A stretch of DNA of 64,000 nucleotides from Eledone cirrhosa (Eukaryota). Below are positions 15,101 through 32,422 of this stretch, one piece after another. The notes beneath the pieces were generated by a model. The model was not told the origin of the DNA. It was given only the letters and a program-made list of their open reading frames with translations, and searched no databases. The stretch lies in NCBI GenBank assembly GCA_964016885.1, contig OZ024747.1, positions 80,786,001 through 80,850,000 on the forward strand. The letters run 5' to 3'. Positions within the stretch are counted from its first letter, which is position 1, and every line of letters starts with the position of its first letter. The position numbers were made by a program, and so were the translations under genes.

Positions 15101-18100
15101 TGTATGTAGTAATAGCCTCTATAGTCAACATATACTGACTGTATGTAGTAATAGCCTCTATAGTCAATATATACTGACTGTATGTAGTAATAGACTCTAT
15201 AGTCAATATATACTGACTGTATGTAGTAATAGCTTCTATAGTCAATATATACTGACAGTATGTAGTAATAGCCTCTATAGTCAATATATACTGACTGTAT
15301 GTAGTAATAGCCTCTATAGTCAATATATACTGACGGTATATAGTAATAGCCTCTATAGTCAATATATACTAACTGTATGTATTAATAGCCTCTATAGTCA
15401 ATATATACTGACTGTATGTAGTAATAGCTTCTATAGTCAATATATACTGACTGTATGTAGTAATAGCTTCTATAGTCAATATATACTGAGAGTATGTAGT
15501 AATAGCCTCTATAGTCAATATATACTGACTGTATGTAGTAATAGCCTCTATAGTCAATATATACTGACGGTATATAGTAATAGCCTCTATAGTCAATATA
15601 TACTGACTGTATGTAGTAATAGCCTTTATAGTCAATATATACTGACTGTATGTAGTAATAGCTTCTATAGTCAATATATACTGACTGTATGTAGTAATAG
15701 CTTCTATAGTCAATATATACTGACTGTCTGTAGTAATAGCTTCTATAGTCAATATATACTGACTGTCTGTAGTAATAGCCTCTATAGTCAACATATACTG
15801 ACTGTATGAAGTAATAGCTTCTATAGTCAATATATACTGACGGTATGTAGTAATAGCCTCTATAGTCAATATATACTGACTGTATGTAGTAATAGCCTCT
15901 ATAGTCAACATATACTGACTGTATGTAGTAATAGCTTCTATAGTCAATATATACTGACGGTATATAGTTATAGCCTCTATAGTCAATATATACTGACGGT
16001 ATATAGTAATAGCCTCTATAGTCAACATATACTGACGGTATATAGTAATAGCCTCTATAGTCAATATATACTGACGGTATATAGTTATAGCCTCTATAGT
16101 CAATATATACTGACGGTATATAGTAATAGCCTCTATAGTCAACATATACTGACGGTATATAGTAATAGCCTCTATAGTCAATATATACTGACTGTATGTA
16201 GTAATAGCTTCTATAGTCAACATATACTGACTGTATGTAGTAATAGCCTCTATAGTCAACATATACTGACTGTATGTAGTAATAGCCTCTATAGTCAATA
16301 TATACTGATGGTATATAGTAATAGCCTCTATAGTCAACATATACTGACTGTATGTAGTAATAGCCCCTATAGTCAATATATACTGACGGTATATAGTAAT
16401 AGCCTCTATAGTCAATATATACTGACGGTATGTAGTAATAGCCTCTATAGTCAACATATACTGACTGTATATAGTAATAGCCTCTATAGTCAATATATAC
16501 TGACCGTATGTAGTAATAGCCTACATAGTCAATATATACTGACTACTGTATGTAGTAATAGCCTCTATAGTCAATATATACTGACTGTATGTAGTAATAG
16601 CCTACATAGTCAATATATACTGACTGTATGTAGTAATAGCCTCTATAGTCAATATATACTGACGGTATATAGTAATAGCCTCTATAGTCAATATATACTG
16701 ACTGTATGTAGTAATAGCTTCTATAGTCAACATATACTGACTATATGTAGTAATAGCCTCTATAGTCAATATATACTGACTGTATGTAGTAATAGCTTCT
16801 ATAGTCAATATATACTGACGGTATATAGTTATAGCCTCTATAGTCAATATATACTGACGGTATATAGTAATAGCCTCTATAGTCAACATATACTGACGGT
16901 ATATAGTAATAGCCTCTATAGTCAATATATACTGACGGTATATAGTAATAGCCTCTATAGTCAATATATACTGACTGTATGTAGTAATAGCCTCTATAGT
17001 CAACATATACTGACTGTATGTAGTCATAGCCTCTATAGTCAATATATACTGACTGTATGTAGTAATAGCCTCTATAGTCAATATATACTGATGGTATATA
17101 GTAATAGCCTCTATAGTCAACATATACTGACTGTATGTAGTAATAGCCCCTATAGTCAATATATACTGACGGTATATAGTAATAGCCTCTATAGTCAATA
17201 TATACTGACGGTATATAGTAATAGCCTCTATAGTCAATATATACTGACTGTATGTAGTAATAGCCTCTATAGTCAACATATACTGACTGTATGTAGTAAT
17301 AGCCTACATAGTCAATATATACTGACTGTATGTAGTAATAGCCTCTATAGTCAATATATACTGACTGTCTGTAGTAATAGCCTACATAGTCAATATATAC
17401 TGACTGTATGTAGTAATAGCCTCTATAGTCAATATATACTGACGGTATGTAGTAATAGCCTACATAGTCAATATATACGGACTGTATGTAGTAATAGCCT
17501 CTATAGTCAATATATACTGACTGTATGTAGTAATAGCCTCTATAGTCAATATATACTGACTGTATGTAGTAATAGCCTCTATAGTCAACATATACTGAAT
17601 GTATGTAGTAATAGCCTCTATAGTCAATATATACTGACTGTATGTAGTAATAGCCTCTATAGTCAATATATACTGACTGTATGTAGTAATAGCCTCTTTA
17701 GTCAATATATACTGACTGTATATAGTAATAGCCTACATAGTCAACATATACTGACTGTATGTAGTAATAGCCTCTATAGTCAATATATACTGACGGTATA
17801 TAGTAATAGCCTCTATAGTCAATATATACTGACGGTATGTAGTAATAGCCTCTATAGTCAACATATACTGACTGTATATAGTAATAGCCTCTATAGTCAA
17901 TATATACTGACTGTATGTAGTAATAGCCTACATAGTCAATATATACTGACTACTGTATGTAGTAATAGCCTCTATAGTCAATATATACTGACTGTATGTA
18001 GTAATAGCCTACATAGTCAATATATACTGACTGTATGTAGTAATAGCCTCTATAGTCAATATATACTGACTGTATGTAGTAATAGCTTCTATAGTCAACA

Positions 18101-21100
18101 TATACTGACTGTATGTAGTAATAGCCTCTATAGTCAACATATACTGACTGTATGTAGTAATAGCCTCTATAGTCAATATATACTGACGGTATATAGTAAT
18201 AGCCCCTATAGTCAACATATACTGACTGTATATAGTAATAGCCTCTATAGTCAATATATACTGACTGTATGTAGTAATAGCCTCTATAGTCAATATATAC
18301 TGACTGTATGTAGTAATAGCCTCTATAGTCAATATATACTGACTGTATGTAGTAATAGCCTACATAGTCAATATATACTGACTGTATGTAGTAATAGCCT
18401 CTATAGTCAATATATACTGACTGTCTGTAGTAATAGCCTACATAGTCAATATATACTGACTGTATGTAGTAATAGCCTCTATAGTCAATATATACTGACG
18501 GTATGTAGTAATAGCCTCTATAGTCAACATATACTGACTGTATATAGTAATAGCCTCTATAGTCAATATATACTGACTGTATATAGTAATAGCCTCTATA
18601 GTCAATATATACAGACTGTATGTAGTAATAGACTCTATAGTCAATATATACTGACTGTATGTAGTAATAGCCTACATAGTCAATATATACTGACTGTATG
18701 TAGTAATAGCCTACATAGTCAATATATACTGACTGTATGTAGTAATAGCCTCTATAGTCAATATATACTGACTGTCTGTAGTAATAGCCTACATAGTCAA
18801 TATATACTGACTGTATGTAGTAATAGCCTCTATAGTCAATATATACTGACGGTATGTAGTAATAGCCTACATAGTCAATATATACGGACTGTATGTAGTA
18901 AGAGCCTCTATAGTCAATATATACTGACTGTATGTAGTAATAGCCTCTATAGTCAATATATACTGACTGTCTGTAGTAATAGCCTACATAGTCAATATAT
19001 ACTGACGGTATGTAGTAATAGCCTACATAGTCAATATATACTGACTGTATGTAGTAATAGCCTACATAGTCAATATATACTGACTGTATGTAGTAATAGC
19101 CTCTATAGTCAATATATACTGACTGTATGTAGTAATAGCCTCTATAGTCAATATATACTGACTGTATGTAGTAATAGCCTACATAGTCAATATATACTGA
19201 CTGTATGTAGTAATAGCCTCTATAGTCAATATATACTGACTGTATGTAGTAATAGCCTCTATAGTCAATATATACTGACTGTATGTAGTAATAGACTCTA
19301 TAGTCAATATATACTGACTGTATGTAGTAATAGCTTCTATAGTCAATATATACTGACAGTATGTAGTAATAGCCTCTATAGTCAATATATACTGACTGTA
19401 TGTAGTAATAGCCTCTATAGTCAATATATACTGACGGTATATAGTAATAGCCTCTATAGTCAATATATACTAACTGTATGTATTAATAGCCTCTATAGTC
19501 AATATATACTGACTGTATGTAGTAATAGCTTCTATAGTCAATATATACTGACTGTATGTAGTAATAGCTTCTATAGTCAATATATACTGACTGTCTGTAG
19601 TAATAGCTTCTATAGTCAATATATACTGACTGTCTGTAGTAATAGCCTCTATAGTCAACATATACTGACTGTATGTAGTAATAGCTTCTATAGTCAATAT
19701 ATACTGACGGTATGTAGTAATAGCCTCTATAGTCAATATATACTGACTGTATGTAGTAATAGCCTCTATAGTCAACATATACTGACTGTATGTAGTAATA
19801 GTCTCTATAGTCAATATATACTGACTGTATGTAGTAATAGCTTCTATAGTCAATATATACTGACAGTATGTAGTAATAGCCTCTATAGTCAATATATACT
19901 GACTGTATGTAGTAATAGCCTCTATAGTCAATATATACTGACGGTATATAGTAATAGCCTCTATAGTCAATATATACTGACTGTATGTAGTAATAGCCTT
20001 TATAGTCAATATATACTGACTGTATGTAGTAATAGCTTCTATAGTCAATATATACTGACTGTATGTAGTAATAGCTTCTATAGTCAATATATACTGACTG
20101 TCTGTAGTAATAGCTTCTATAGTCAATATATACTGACTGTCTGTAGTAATAGCCTCTATAGTCAACATATACTGACTGTATGTAGTAATAGCCTCTATAG
20201 TCAATATATACTGACTGTATGTAGTAATAGCTTCTATAGTCAATATATACTGACGGTATATAGTTATAGCCTCTATAGTCAATATATACTGACGGTATAT
20301 AGTAATAGCCTCTATAGTCAACATATACTGACGGTATATAGTAATAGCCTCTATAGTCAATATATACTGACGGTATATAGTAATAGCTTCTATAGTCAAT
20401 ATATACTGACTGTATGTAGTAATAGCCTCTATAGTCAACATATACTGACTGTATGTAGTAATAGCCTCTATAGTCAATATATACTGACTGTATGTAGTAA
20501 TAGCCTCTATAGTCAATATATACTGACTGTATGTAGTAATAGCCTCTTTAGTCAATATATACTGACTGTATGTAGTAATAGCCTCTATAGTCAATATATA
20601 CTGACGGTATATAGTAATAGCCTCTATAGTCAATATATACTGACTGTATGTAGTAATAGCTTCTATAGTCAACATATACTGACTGTATGTAGTAATAGCC
20701 TCTATAGTCAACATATACTGACTGTATGTAGTAATAGCCTCTATAGTCAATATATACTGATGGTATATAGTAATAGCCTCTATAGTCAACATATACTGAC
20801 TGTATGTAGTAATAGCCCCTATAGTCAATATATACTGACGGTATATAGTAATAGCCTCTATAGTCAATATATACTGACGGTATGTAGTAATAGCCTCTAT
20901 AGTCAACATATACTGACTGTATATAGTAATAGCCTCTATAGTCAATATATACTGACCGTATGTAGTAATAGCCTACATAGTCAATATATACTGACTACTG
21001 TATGTAGTAATAGCCTCTATAGTCAATATATACTGACTGTATGTAGTAATAGCCTACATAGTCAATATATACTGACTGTATGTAGTAATAGTCTCTATAG

Positions 21101-24100
21101 TCAATATATACTGACGGTATATAGTAATAGCCTCTATAGTCAATATATACTGACTGTATGTAGTAATAGCTTCTATAGTCAACATATACTGACTATATGT
21201 AGTAATAGCCTCTATAGTCAATATATACTGACTGTATGTAGTAATAGCTTCTATAGTCAATATATACTGACGGTATATAGTTATAGCCTCTATAGTCAAT
21301 ATATACTGACGGTATATAGTAATAGCCTCTATAGTCAACATATACTGACGGTATATAGTAATAGCCTCTATAGTCAATATATACTTACGGTATATAGTAA
21401 TAGCCTCTATAGTCAATATATACTGACTGTATGTAGTAATAGCCTCTATAGTCAATATATACTGACTGTATGTAGTAATAGCCTCTATAGTCAATATATA
21501 CTGACTGTATGTAGTAATAGCCTACATAGTCAATATATACTGACTGTATGTAGTAATAGCCTCTAGAGTCAATATATACTGACTGTCTGTAGTAATAGCC
21601 TACATAGTCAATATATACTGACTGTATGTAGTAATAGCCTCTATAGTCAATATATACTGACGGTATGTAGTAATAGCCTCTATAGTCAACATATACTGAC
21701 TGTATATAGTAATAGCCTCTATAGTCAATATATACTGACTGTATATAGTAATAGCCTCTATAGTCAATATATACTGACTGTATGTAGTAATAGCCTCTAT
21801 AGTCAATATATACTGACTGTATGTAGTAATAGCCTACATAGTCAATATATACTGACTGTATGTAGTAATAGCCTACATAGTCAATATATACTGACTGTAT
21901 GTAGTAATAGCCTCTATAGTCAATATATACTGACTGTCTGTAGTAATAGCCTACATAGTCAATATATACTGACTGTATGTAGTAATAGCCTCTATAGTCA
22001 ATATATACTGACGGTATGTAGTAATAGCCTACATAGTCAATATATACGGACTGTATGTAGTAATAGCCTCTATAGTCAATATATACTGACTGTATGTAGT
22101 AATAGCCTCTATAGTCAATATATACTGACTGTCTGTAGTAATAGCCTACATAGTCAATATATACTGACGGTATGTAGTAATAGCCTACATAGTCAATATA
22201 TACTGACTGTATGTAGTAATAGCCTACATAGTCAATATATACTGACTGTATGTAGTAATAGCCTCTATAGTCAATATATACTGACTGTATGTAGTAATAG
22301 CCTCTATAGTCAATATATACTGACTGTATGTAGTAATAGCCTACATAGTCAATATATACTGACTGTATGTAGTAATAGCCTCTATAGTCAATATATACTG
22401 ACGGTATATAGTAATAGCCTACATAGTCAATATATACAGACTGTATGTAGTAATAGCCTCTATAGTCAACATATACTGACTGTATGTAGTAATAGCCTCT
22501 ATAGTCAATATATACTGACTGTATGTAGTAATAGACTCTATAGTCAATATATACTGACTGTATGTAGTAATAGCTTCTATAGTCAATATATACTGACAGT
22601 ATGTAGTAATAGCCTCTATAGTCAATATATACTGACTGTATGTAGTAATAGCCTCTATAGTCAATATATACTGACGGTATATAGTAATAGCCTCTATAGT
22701 CAATATATACTAACTGTATGTATTAATAGCCTCTATAGTCAATATATACTGACTGTATGTAGTAATAGCTTCTATAGTCAATATATACTGACTGTATGTA
22801 GTAATAGCTTCTATAGTCAATATATACTGAGAGTATGTAGTAATAGCCTCTATAGTCAATATATACTGACTGTATGTAGTAATAGCCTCTATAGTCAATA
22901 TATACTGACGGTATATAGTAATAGCCTCTATAGTCAATATATACTGACTGTATGTAGTAATAGCCTTTATAGTCAATATATACTGACTGTATGTAGTAAT
23001 AGCTTCTATAGTCAATATATACTGACTGTATGTAGTAATAGCTTCTATAGTCAATATATACTGACTGTCTGTAGTAATAGCTTCTATAGTCAATATATAC
23101 TGACTGTCTGTAGTAATAGCCTCTATAGTCAACATATACTGACTGTATGAAGTAATAGCTTCTATAGTCAATATATACTGACGGTATGTAGTAATAGCCT
23201 CTATAGTCAATATATACTGACTGTATGTAGTAATAGCCTCTATAGTCAACATATACTGACTGTATGTAGTAATAGCTTCTATAGTCAATATATACTGACG
23301 GTATATAGTTATAGCCTCTATAGTCAATATATACTGACGGTATATAGTAATAGCCTCTATAGTCAACATATACTGACGGTATATAGTAATAGCCTCTATA
23401 GTCAATATATACTGACGGTATATAGTTATAGCCTCTATAGTCAATATATACTGACGGTATATAGTAATAGCCTCTATAGTCAACATATACTGACGGTATA
23501 TAGTAATAGCCTCTATAGTCAATATATACTGACTGTATGTAGTAATAGCTTCTATAGTCAACATATACTGACTGTATGTAGTAATAGCCTCTATAGTCAA
23601 CATATACTGACTGTATGTAGTAATAGCCTCTATAGTCAATATATACTGATGGTATATAGTAATAGCCTCTATAGTCAACATATACTGACTGTATGTAGTA
23701 ATAGCCCCTATAGTCAATATATACTGACGGTATATAGTAATAGCCTCTATAGTCAATATATACTGACGGTATGTAGTAATAGCCTCTATAGTCAACATAT
23801 ACTGACTGTATATAGTAATAGCCTCTATAGTCAATATATACTGACCGTATGTAGTAATAGCCTACATAGTCAATATATACTGACTACTGTATGTAGTAAT
23901 AGCCTCTATAGTCAATATATACTGACTGTATGTAGTAATAGCCTACATAGTCAATATATACTGACTGTATGTAGTAATAGCCTCTATAGTCAATATATAC
24001 TGACGGTATATAGTAATAGCCTCTATAGTCAATATATACTGACTGTATGTAGTAATAGCTTCTATAGTCAACATATACTGACTATATGTAGTAATAGCCT

Positions 24101-27100
24101 CTATAGTCAATATATACTGACTGTATGTAGTAATAGCTTCTATAGTCAATATATACTGACGGTATATAGTTATAGCCTCTATAGTCAATATATACTGACG
24201 GTATATAGTAATAGCCTCTATAGTCAACATATACTGACGGTATATAGTAATAGCCTCTATAGTCAATATATACTGACGGTATATAGTAATAGCCTCTATA
24301 GTCAATATATACTGACTGTATGTAGTAATAGCCTCTATAGTCAACATATACTGACTGTATGTAGTCATAGCCTCTATAGTCAATATATACTGACTGTATG
24401 TAGTAATAGCCTCTATAGTCAATATATACTGATGGTATATAGTAATAGCCTCTATAGTCAACATATACTGACTGTATGTAGTAATAGCCCCTATAGTCAA
24501 TATATACTGACGGTATATAGTAATAGCCTCTATAGTCAATATATACTGACGGTATGTAGTAATAGCCTCTATAGTCAACATATACTGACTGTATATAGTA
24601 ATAGCCTCTATAGTCAATATATACTGACCGTATGTAGTAATAGCCTACATAGTCAATATATACTGACTACTGTATGTAGTAATAGCCTCTATAGTCAATA
24701 TATACTGACTGTATATAGTAATAGCCTACATAGTCAATGTATACTGACTGTATGTAGTAATAGCCTCTATAGTCAATATATACTGACGGTATATAGTAAT
24801 AGCCTCTATAGTCAATATATACTGACTGTATGTAGTAATAGCTTCTATAGTCAACATATACTGACTGTATGTAGTAATAGCCTCTATAGTCAACATATAC
24901 TGACTGTATGTAGTAATAGCCTCTATAGTCAATATATACTGACGGTATATAGTAATAGCCTCTATAGTCAACATATACTGACTGTATATAGTAATAGCCT
25001 CTATAGTCAATATATACTGACTGTATGTAGTAATAGCCTCTATAGTCAATATATACTGACTGTATGTAGTAATAGCCTCTATAGTCAATATATACTGACT
25101 GTATGTAGTAATAGCCTACATAGTCAATATATACTGACTGTATGTAGTAATAGCCTCTATAGTCAATATATACTGACTGTATGTAGTAATAGCTTCTATA
25201 GTCAATATATACTGACTGTCTGTAGTAATAGCTTCTATAGTCAATATATACTGACTGTCTGTAGTAATAGCCTCTATAGTCAACATATACTGACTGTATG
25301 TAGTAATAGCTTCTATAGTCAATATATACTGACGGTATGTAGTAATAGCCTCTATAGTCAATATATACTGACTGTATGTAGTAATAGCCTCTATAGTCAA
25401 CATATACTGACTGTATGTAGTAATAGCCTCTATAGTCAATATATACTGACTGTATGTAGTAATAGCTTCTATAGTCAATATATACTGACGGTATATAGTT
25501 ATAGCCTCTATAGTCAATATATACTGACGGTATATAGTAATAGCCTCTATAGTCAACATATACTGACGGTATATAGTAATAGCCTCTATAGTCAATATAT
25601 ACTGACGGTATATAGTAATAGCCTCTATAGTCAATATATACTGACTGTATGTAGTAATAGCCTCTATAGTCAACATATACTGACTGTATGTAGTAATAGC
25701 CTCTATAGTCAATATATACTGACTGTATGTAGTAATAGCCTCTATAGTCAATATATACTGACTGTATGTAGTAATAGCCTCTTTAGTCAATATATACTGA
25801 CTGTATGTAGTAATAGCCTCTATAGTCAATATATACTGACGGTATATAGTAATAGCCTCTATAGTCAATATATACTGACTGTATGTAGTAATAGCTTCTA
25901 TAGTCAACATATACTGACTGTATGTAGTAATAGCCTCTATAGTCAACATATACCGACTGTATGTAGTAATAGCCTCTATAGTCAATATATACTGACTGTC
26001 TGTAGTAATAGCCTACATAGTCAATATATACTGACAGTATGTAGTAATAGCCTACATAGTCAATATATACTGACTGTATGTAGTAATAGCCTCTATAGTC
26101 AACATATACTGACTGTATGTAGTAATAGCCTCTATAGTCAATATATACTGACTGTATGTAGTAATAGCCTACATAGTCAATATATACTGACTGTATGTAG
26201 TAATAGCCTCTATAGTCAACATATACTGACTGTATGTAGTAATAGCCTACATAGTCAATATATACTGACGGTATATAGTAATAGCCTACATAGTCAATAT
26301 ATACTGACTGTATGTAGTAATAGCCTCTATAGTCAATATATACTGACGGTATATAGTAATAGCCTACATAGTCAATATATACTGACTGTATGTAGTAATA
26401 GCCTACATAGTCAATATATACTGACTGTATGTAGTAATAGCCTCTATAGTCAATATATACTGACTGTATGTAGTAATAGCCTCTATAGTCAATATATACT
26501 GACGGTATATAGTAATAGCCTCTATAGTCAATATATGCTGACTGTATGTAGTAATAGCTTCTATAGTCAACATATACTGACTGTATGTAGTAATAGCCTC
26601 TATAGTCAACATATACTGACTGTATGTAGTAATAGCCTCTATAGTCAATATATACTGACGGTATATAGTAATAGCCTCTATAGTCAACATATACTGACTG
26701 TATATAGTAATAGCCTCTATAGTCAATATATACTGACTGTATGTAGTAATAGCCTCTATAGTCAATATATACTGACTGTATGTAGTAATAGCCTCTATAG
26801 TCAATATATACTGACTGTATGTAGTAATAGCCTACATAGTCAATATATACTGACTGTATGTAGTAATAGCCTCTATAGTCAATATATACTGACTGTATGT
26901 AGTAATAGCTTCTATAGTCAATATATACTGACTGTCTGTAGTAATAGCTTCTATAGTCAATATATACTGACTGTCTGTAGTAATAGCCTCTATAGTCAAC
27001 ATATACTGACTGTATGTAGTAATAGCTTCTATAGTCAATATATACTGACGGTATGTAGTAATAGCCTCTATAGTCAATATATACTGACTGTATGTAGTAA

Positions 27101-30100
27101 TAGCCTCTATAGTCAACATATACTGACTGTATGTAGTAATAGCCTCTATAGTCAATATATACTGACTGTATGTAGTAATAGCTTCTATAGTCAATATATA
27201 CTGACGGTATATAGTTATAGCCTCTATAGTCAATATATACTGACGGTATATAGTAATAGCCTCTATAGTCAACATATACTGACGGTATATAGTAATAGCC
27301 TCTATAGTCAATATATACTGACGGTATATAGTAATAGCCTCTATAGTCAATATATACTGACTGTATGTGGTAATAGCCTCTATAGTCAACATATACTGAC
27401 TGTATGTAGTAATAGCCTCTATAGTCAATATATACTGACTGTATGTAGTAATAGCCTGTATAGTCAATATATACTGACTGTATGTAGTAATAGCCTCTTT
27501 AGTCAATATATACTGACTGTATGTAGTAATAGCCTCTATAGTCAATATATACTGACGGTATATAGTAATAGCCTCTATAGTCAATATATACTGACTGTAT
27601 GTAGTAATAGCTTCTATAGTCAACATATACTGACTGTATGTAGTAATAGCCTCTATAGTCAACATATACCGACTGTATGTAGTAATAGCCTCTATAGTCA
27701 ATATATACTGACTGTCTGTAGTAATAGCCTACATAGTCAATATATACTGACGGTATGTAGTAATAGCCTACATAGTCAATATATACTGACTGTATGTAGT
27801 AATAGCCTACATAGTCAATATATACTGACTGTATGTAGTAATAGCCTCTATAGTCAATATATACTGACTGTATGTAGTAATAGCCTACATAGTCAATATA
27901 TACTGACTGTATGTAGTAATAGCCTCTATAGTCAACATATACTGACTGTATGTAGTAATAGCCTACATAGTCAATATATACTGACGGTATATAGTAATAG
28001 CCTACATAGTCAATATATACTGACTGTATGTAGTAATAGCCTCTATAGTCAATATATACTGACGGTATATAGTAATAGCCTACATAGTCAATATATACTG
28101 ACTGTATGTAGTAATAGCCTACATAGTCAATATATACTGACTGTATGTAGTAATAGCCTCTATAGTCAATATATACTGACTGTATGTAGTAATAGCCTAC
28201 ATTGTCAATATATACTGACTGTATGTAGTAATAGCCTCTATAGTCAATATCTACTAACTGTATGTAGTAATAGCCTACATAGTCAATATATACTGACTGT
28301 ATGTAGTAATAGCCTCTATAGTCAATATATACTGACTGTATGTAGTAATAGCCTCTATAGTCAACATATACTGACTGTATGTAGTAATAGCCTCTATAGT
28401 CAATATCTACTGACTGTATGTAGTAATAGCCTACATAGTCAATATATACTGACTGTATGTAGTAATAGCCTACATAGTCAATATATACTGACTGTATGTA
28501 GTAATAGCCTACATAGTCAATATATACTGACGGTATATAGTAATAGCCTACATAGTCAATATATACTGACTGTATATAGTAATAGCCTACATAGTCAATA
28601 TATACTGACTGTATGTAGTAATAGCCTCTATAGTCAATATATACTGACTGTATGTAGTAATAGCCTACATAGTCAATATATACTGACTGTATGTAGTAAT
28701 AGCCTACATAGTCAATATATACTGACGGTATATAGTAATAGCCTACATAGTCAATATATACTGACTGTATGTAGTAATAGCCTCTATAGTCAATATATAC
28801 TGACTGTCTGTAGTAATAGCCTCTATAGTCAATATATACTGACTGTATGTAGTAATAGCCTCTATAGTCAATATATACTGACTGTATGTAGTAATAGCCT
28901 CTATAGTCAATATATACTGACTGTATGTAGTAATAGCCTCTATAGTCAACATATACTGACTGTATGTAGTAATAGCCTCTATAGTCAATATATACTGACT
29001 GTCTGTAGTAATAGCCTCTATAGTCAATATATACTGACTGTATGTAGTAATAGCTTCTATAGTCAACATATACTGACTGTATGTTGTAATAGCCTCTATA
29101 GTCAATATATACTGACTGTATGTAGTAATAGCCTCTATAGTCAATATATACTGACTGTATGTAGTAATAGCCTCTATAGTCAACATATACTGACTGTATG
29201 TAGTAATAGCCTACATAGTCAATATATACTGACTGTATGTAGTAATAGCCTCTATAGTCAACATATACTGACTGTATGTAGTAATAGCCTCTATAGTCAA
29301 TATATACTGACTGTCTGTAGTAATAGCCTCTATAGTCAATATATACTGACTGTATGTAGTAATAGCTTCTATAGTCAACATATACTGACTGTATGTTGTA
29401 ATAGCCTCTATAGTCAATATATACGGACTGTATGTAGTAATAGCCTCTATAGTCAATATATACTGACTGTATGTAGTAATAGCCTCTATAGTCAACATAT
29501 ACTGACTGTATGTAGTAATAGCCTACATAGTCAATATATACTGACTGTATGTAGTAATAGCCTCTATAGTCAACATATACTGACGGTATGTAGTAATAGC
29601 CTCTCTAGTCAATATATACTGACTGTATGTAGTAATAGCCTCTATAGTCAATATATACTGACTGTATGTAGTAATAGCCTCTATAGTCAATATATACTGA
29701 CTGTATGTAGTAATAGCCTCTATAGTCAATATATACTGACTGTATGTAGTAATAGCCTCTATAGTCAATATCTACTGACTGTATGTAGTAATATCCTATA
29801 TAGTCAATATATACTGACTGTATGTAGTAATAGCCTCTATAGTCAATATATACTGACTGTATGTAGTAATAGTCTCTATAGTCAATATATACTGACTGTA
29901 TGTAGTAATAGCCTCTTTAGTCAATATATACTGACTGTATGTAGTAATAGCCTCTATAGTCAATATATACTGACTGTATGTAGTAATAGCCTACATAGTC
30001 AATATCTACTGACTGTATGTAGTAATAGCCTACATAGTCAATATATACTGACTGTATGTAGTAATAGCCTCTATAGTCAACATATACTGACTGTATGTAG

Positions 30101-32243
30101 TAATAGCCTCTATAGTCAATATATACTGACGGTATATAGTAATAGCCTCTATAGTCAATATATACTGACTGTATGTAGTAATAGCCTTTATAGTCAATAT
30201 ATACTGACTGTATGTAGTAATAGCTTCTATAGTCAATATATACTGACTGTATGTAGTAATAGCTTCTATAGTCAATATATACTGACTGTCTGTAGTAATA
30301 GCTTCTATAGTCAATATATACTGACTGTCTGTAGTAATAGCCTCTATAGTCAACATATACTGACTGTATGAAGTAATAGCTTCTATAGTCAATATATACT
30401 GACGGTATGTAGTAATAGCCTCTATAGTCAATATATACTGACTGTATGTAGTAATAGCCTCTATAGTCAACATATACTGACTGTATGTAGTAATAGCTTC
30501 TATAGTCAATATATACTGACGGTATATAGTTATAGCCTCTATAGTCAATATATACTGACGGTATATAGTAATAGCCTCTATAGTCAACATATACTGACGG
30601 TATATAGTAATAGCCTCTATAGTCAATATATACTGACGGTATATAGTTATAGCCTCTATAGTCAATATATACTGACGGTATATAGTAATAGCCTCTATAG
30701 TCAACATATACTGACGGTATATAGTAATAGCCTCTATAGTCAATATATACTGACTGTATGTAGTAATAGCTTCTATAGTCAACATATACTGACTGTATGT
30801 AGTAATAGCCTCTATAGTCAACATATACTGACTGTATGTAGTAATAGCCTCTATAGTCAATATATACTGATGGTATATAGTAATAGCCTCTATAGTCAAC
30901 ATATACTGACTGTATGTAGTAATAGCCCCTATAGTCAATATATACTGACGGTATATAGTAATAGCCTCTATAGTCAATATATACTGACGGTATGTAGTAA
31001 TAGCCTCTATAGTCAACATATACTGACTGTATATAGTAATAGCCTCTATAGTCAATATATACTGACCGTATGTAGTAATAGCCTACATAGTCAATATATA
31101 CTGACTACTGTATGTAGTAATAGCCTCTATAGTCAATATATACTGACTGTATGTAGTAATAGCCTACATAGTCAATATATACTGACTGTATGTAGTAATA
31201 GCCTCTATAGTCAATATATACTGACGGTATATAGTAATAGCCTCTATAGTCAATATATACTGACTGTATGTAGTAATAGCTTCTATAGTCAACATATACT
31301 GACTATATGTAGTAATAGCCTCTATAGTCAATATATACTGACTGTATGTAGTAATAGCTTCTATAGTCAATATATACTGACGGTATATAGTTATAGCCTC
31401 TATAGTCAATATATACTGACGGTATATAGTAATAGCCTCTATAGTCAACATATACTGACGGTATATAGTAATAGCCTCTATAGTCAATATATACTGACGG
31501 TATATAGTAATAGCCTCTATAGTCAATATATACTGACTGTATGTAGTAATAGCCTCTATAGTCAACATATACTGACTGTATGTAGTCATAGCCTCTATAG
31601 TCAATATATACTGACTGTATGTAGTAATAGCCTCTATAGTCAATATATACTGATGGTATATAGTAATAGCCTCTATAGTCAACATATACTGACTGTATGT
31701 AGTAATAGCCCCTATAGTCAATATATACTGACGGTATATAGTAATAGCCTCTATAGTCAATATATACTGACGGTATGTAGTAATAGCCTCTATAGTCAAC
31801 ATATACTGACTGTATATAGTAATAGCCTCTATAGTCAATATATACTGACCGTATGTAGTAATAGCCTACATAGTCAATATATACTGACTACTGTATGTAG
31901 TAATAGCCTCTATAGTCAATATATACTGACTGTATATAGTAATAGCCTACATAGTCAATGTATACTGACTGTATGTAGTAATAGCCTCTATAGTCAATAT
32001 ATACTGACGGTATATAGTAATAGCCTCTATAGTCAATATATACTGACTGTATGTAGTAATAGCTTCTATAGTCAACATATACTGACTGTATGTAGTAATA
32101 GCCTCTATAGTCAACATATACTGACTGTATGTAGTAATAGCCTCTATAGTCAATATATACTGACGGTATATAGTAATAGCCTCTATAGTCAACATATACT
32201 GACTGTATATAGTAATAGCCTCTATAGTCAATATATACTGACT

Positions 32244-32422
32244 CATCATCATCATCATCACCGTTTTACGTCCGTTCTTCCACGCTAGCATGGGTTAGAC
32301 GGGTTGTCCTGTTGTGGGCAGTGTCTGGTCGGCTGACCATGCCTTGCTCATACAGGAACTGATCTGGCTTGATTTCTACAGCTGGATGCCCTTCCTAACA
32401 CCAACCTCATTTACAGTGAGTG
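32244..32422 (-). mobile_element. 179-bp truncated retroposon (SINE/LINE 3' end with (ATG)n tail) inserted in the satellite, apparent 6-bp TSD CTGACT
   Basis: Non-satellite sequence beginning (CAT)n, which is an (ATG)n tail on the minus strand. CTGACT flanks it at 32238-32243 and 32423-32428. Confidence 0.8.

Noticed and set aside
32244-32262. His6 tag or vector contamination (HHHHHH in the ORF track)
   Set aside because: It is the (CAT)n complement of a retroposon (ATG)n tail, followed by repeat-like sequence and flanked by an apparent TSD.
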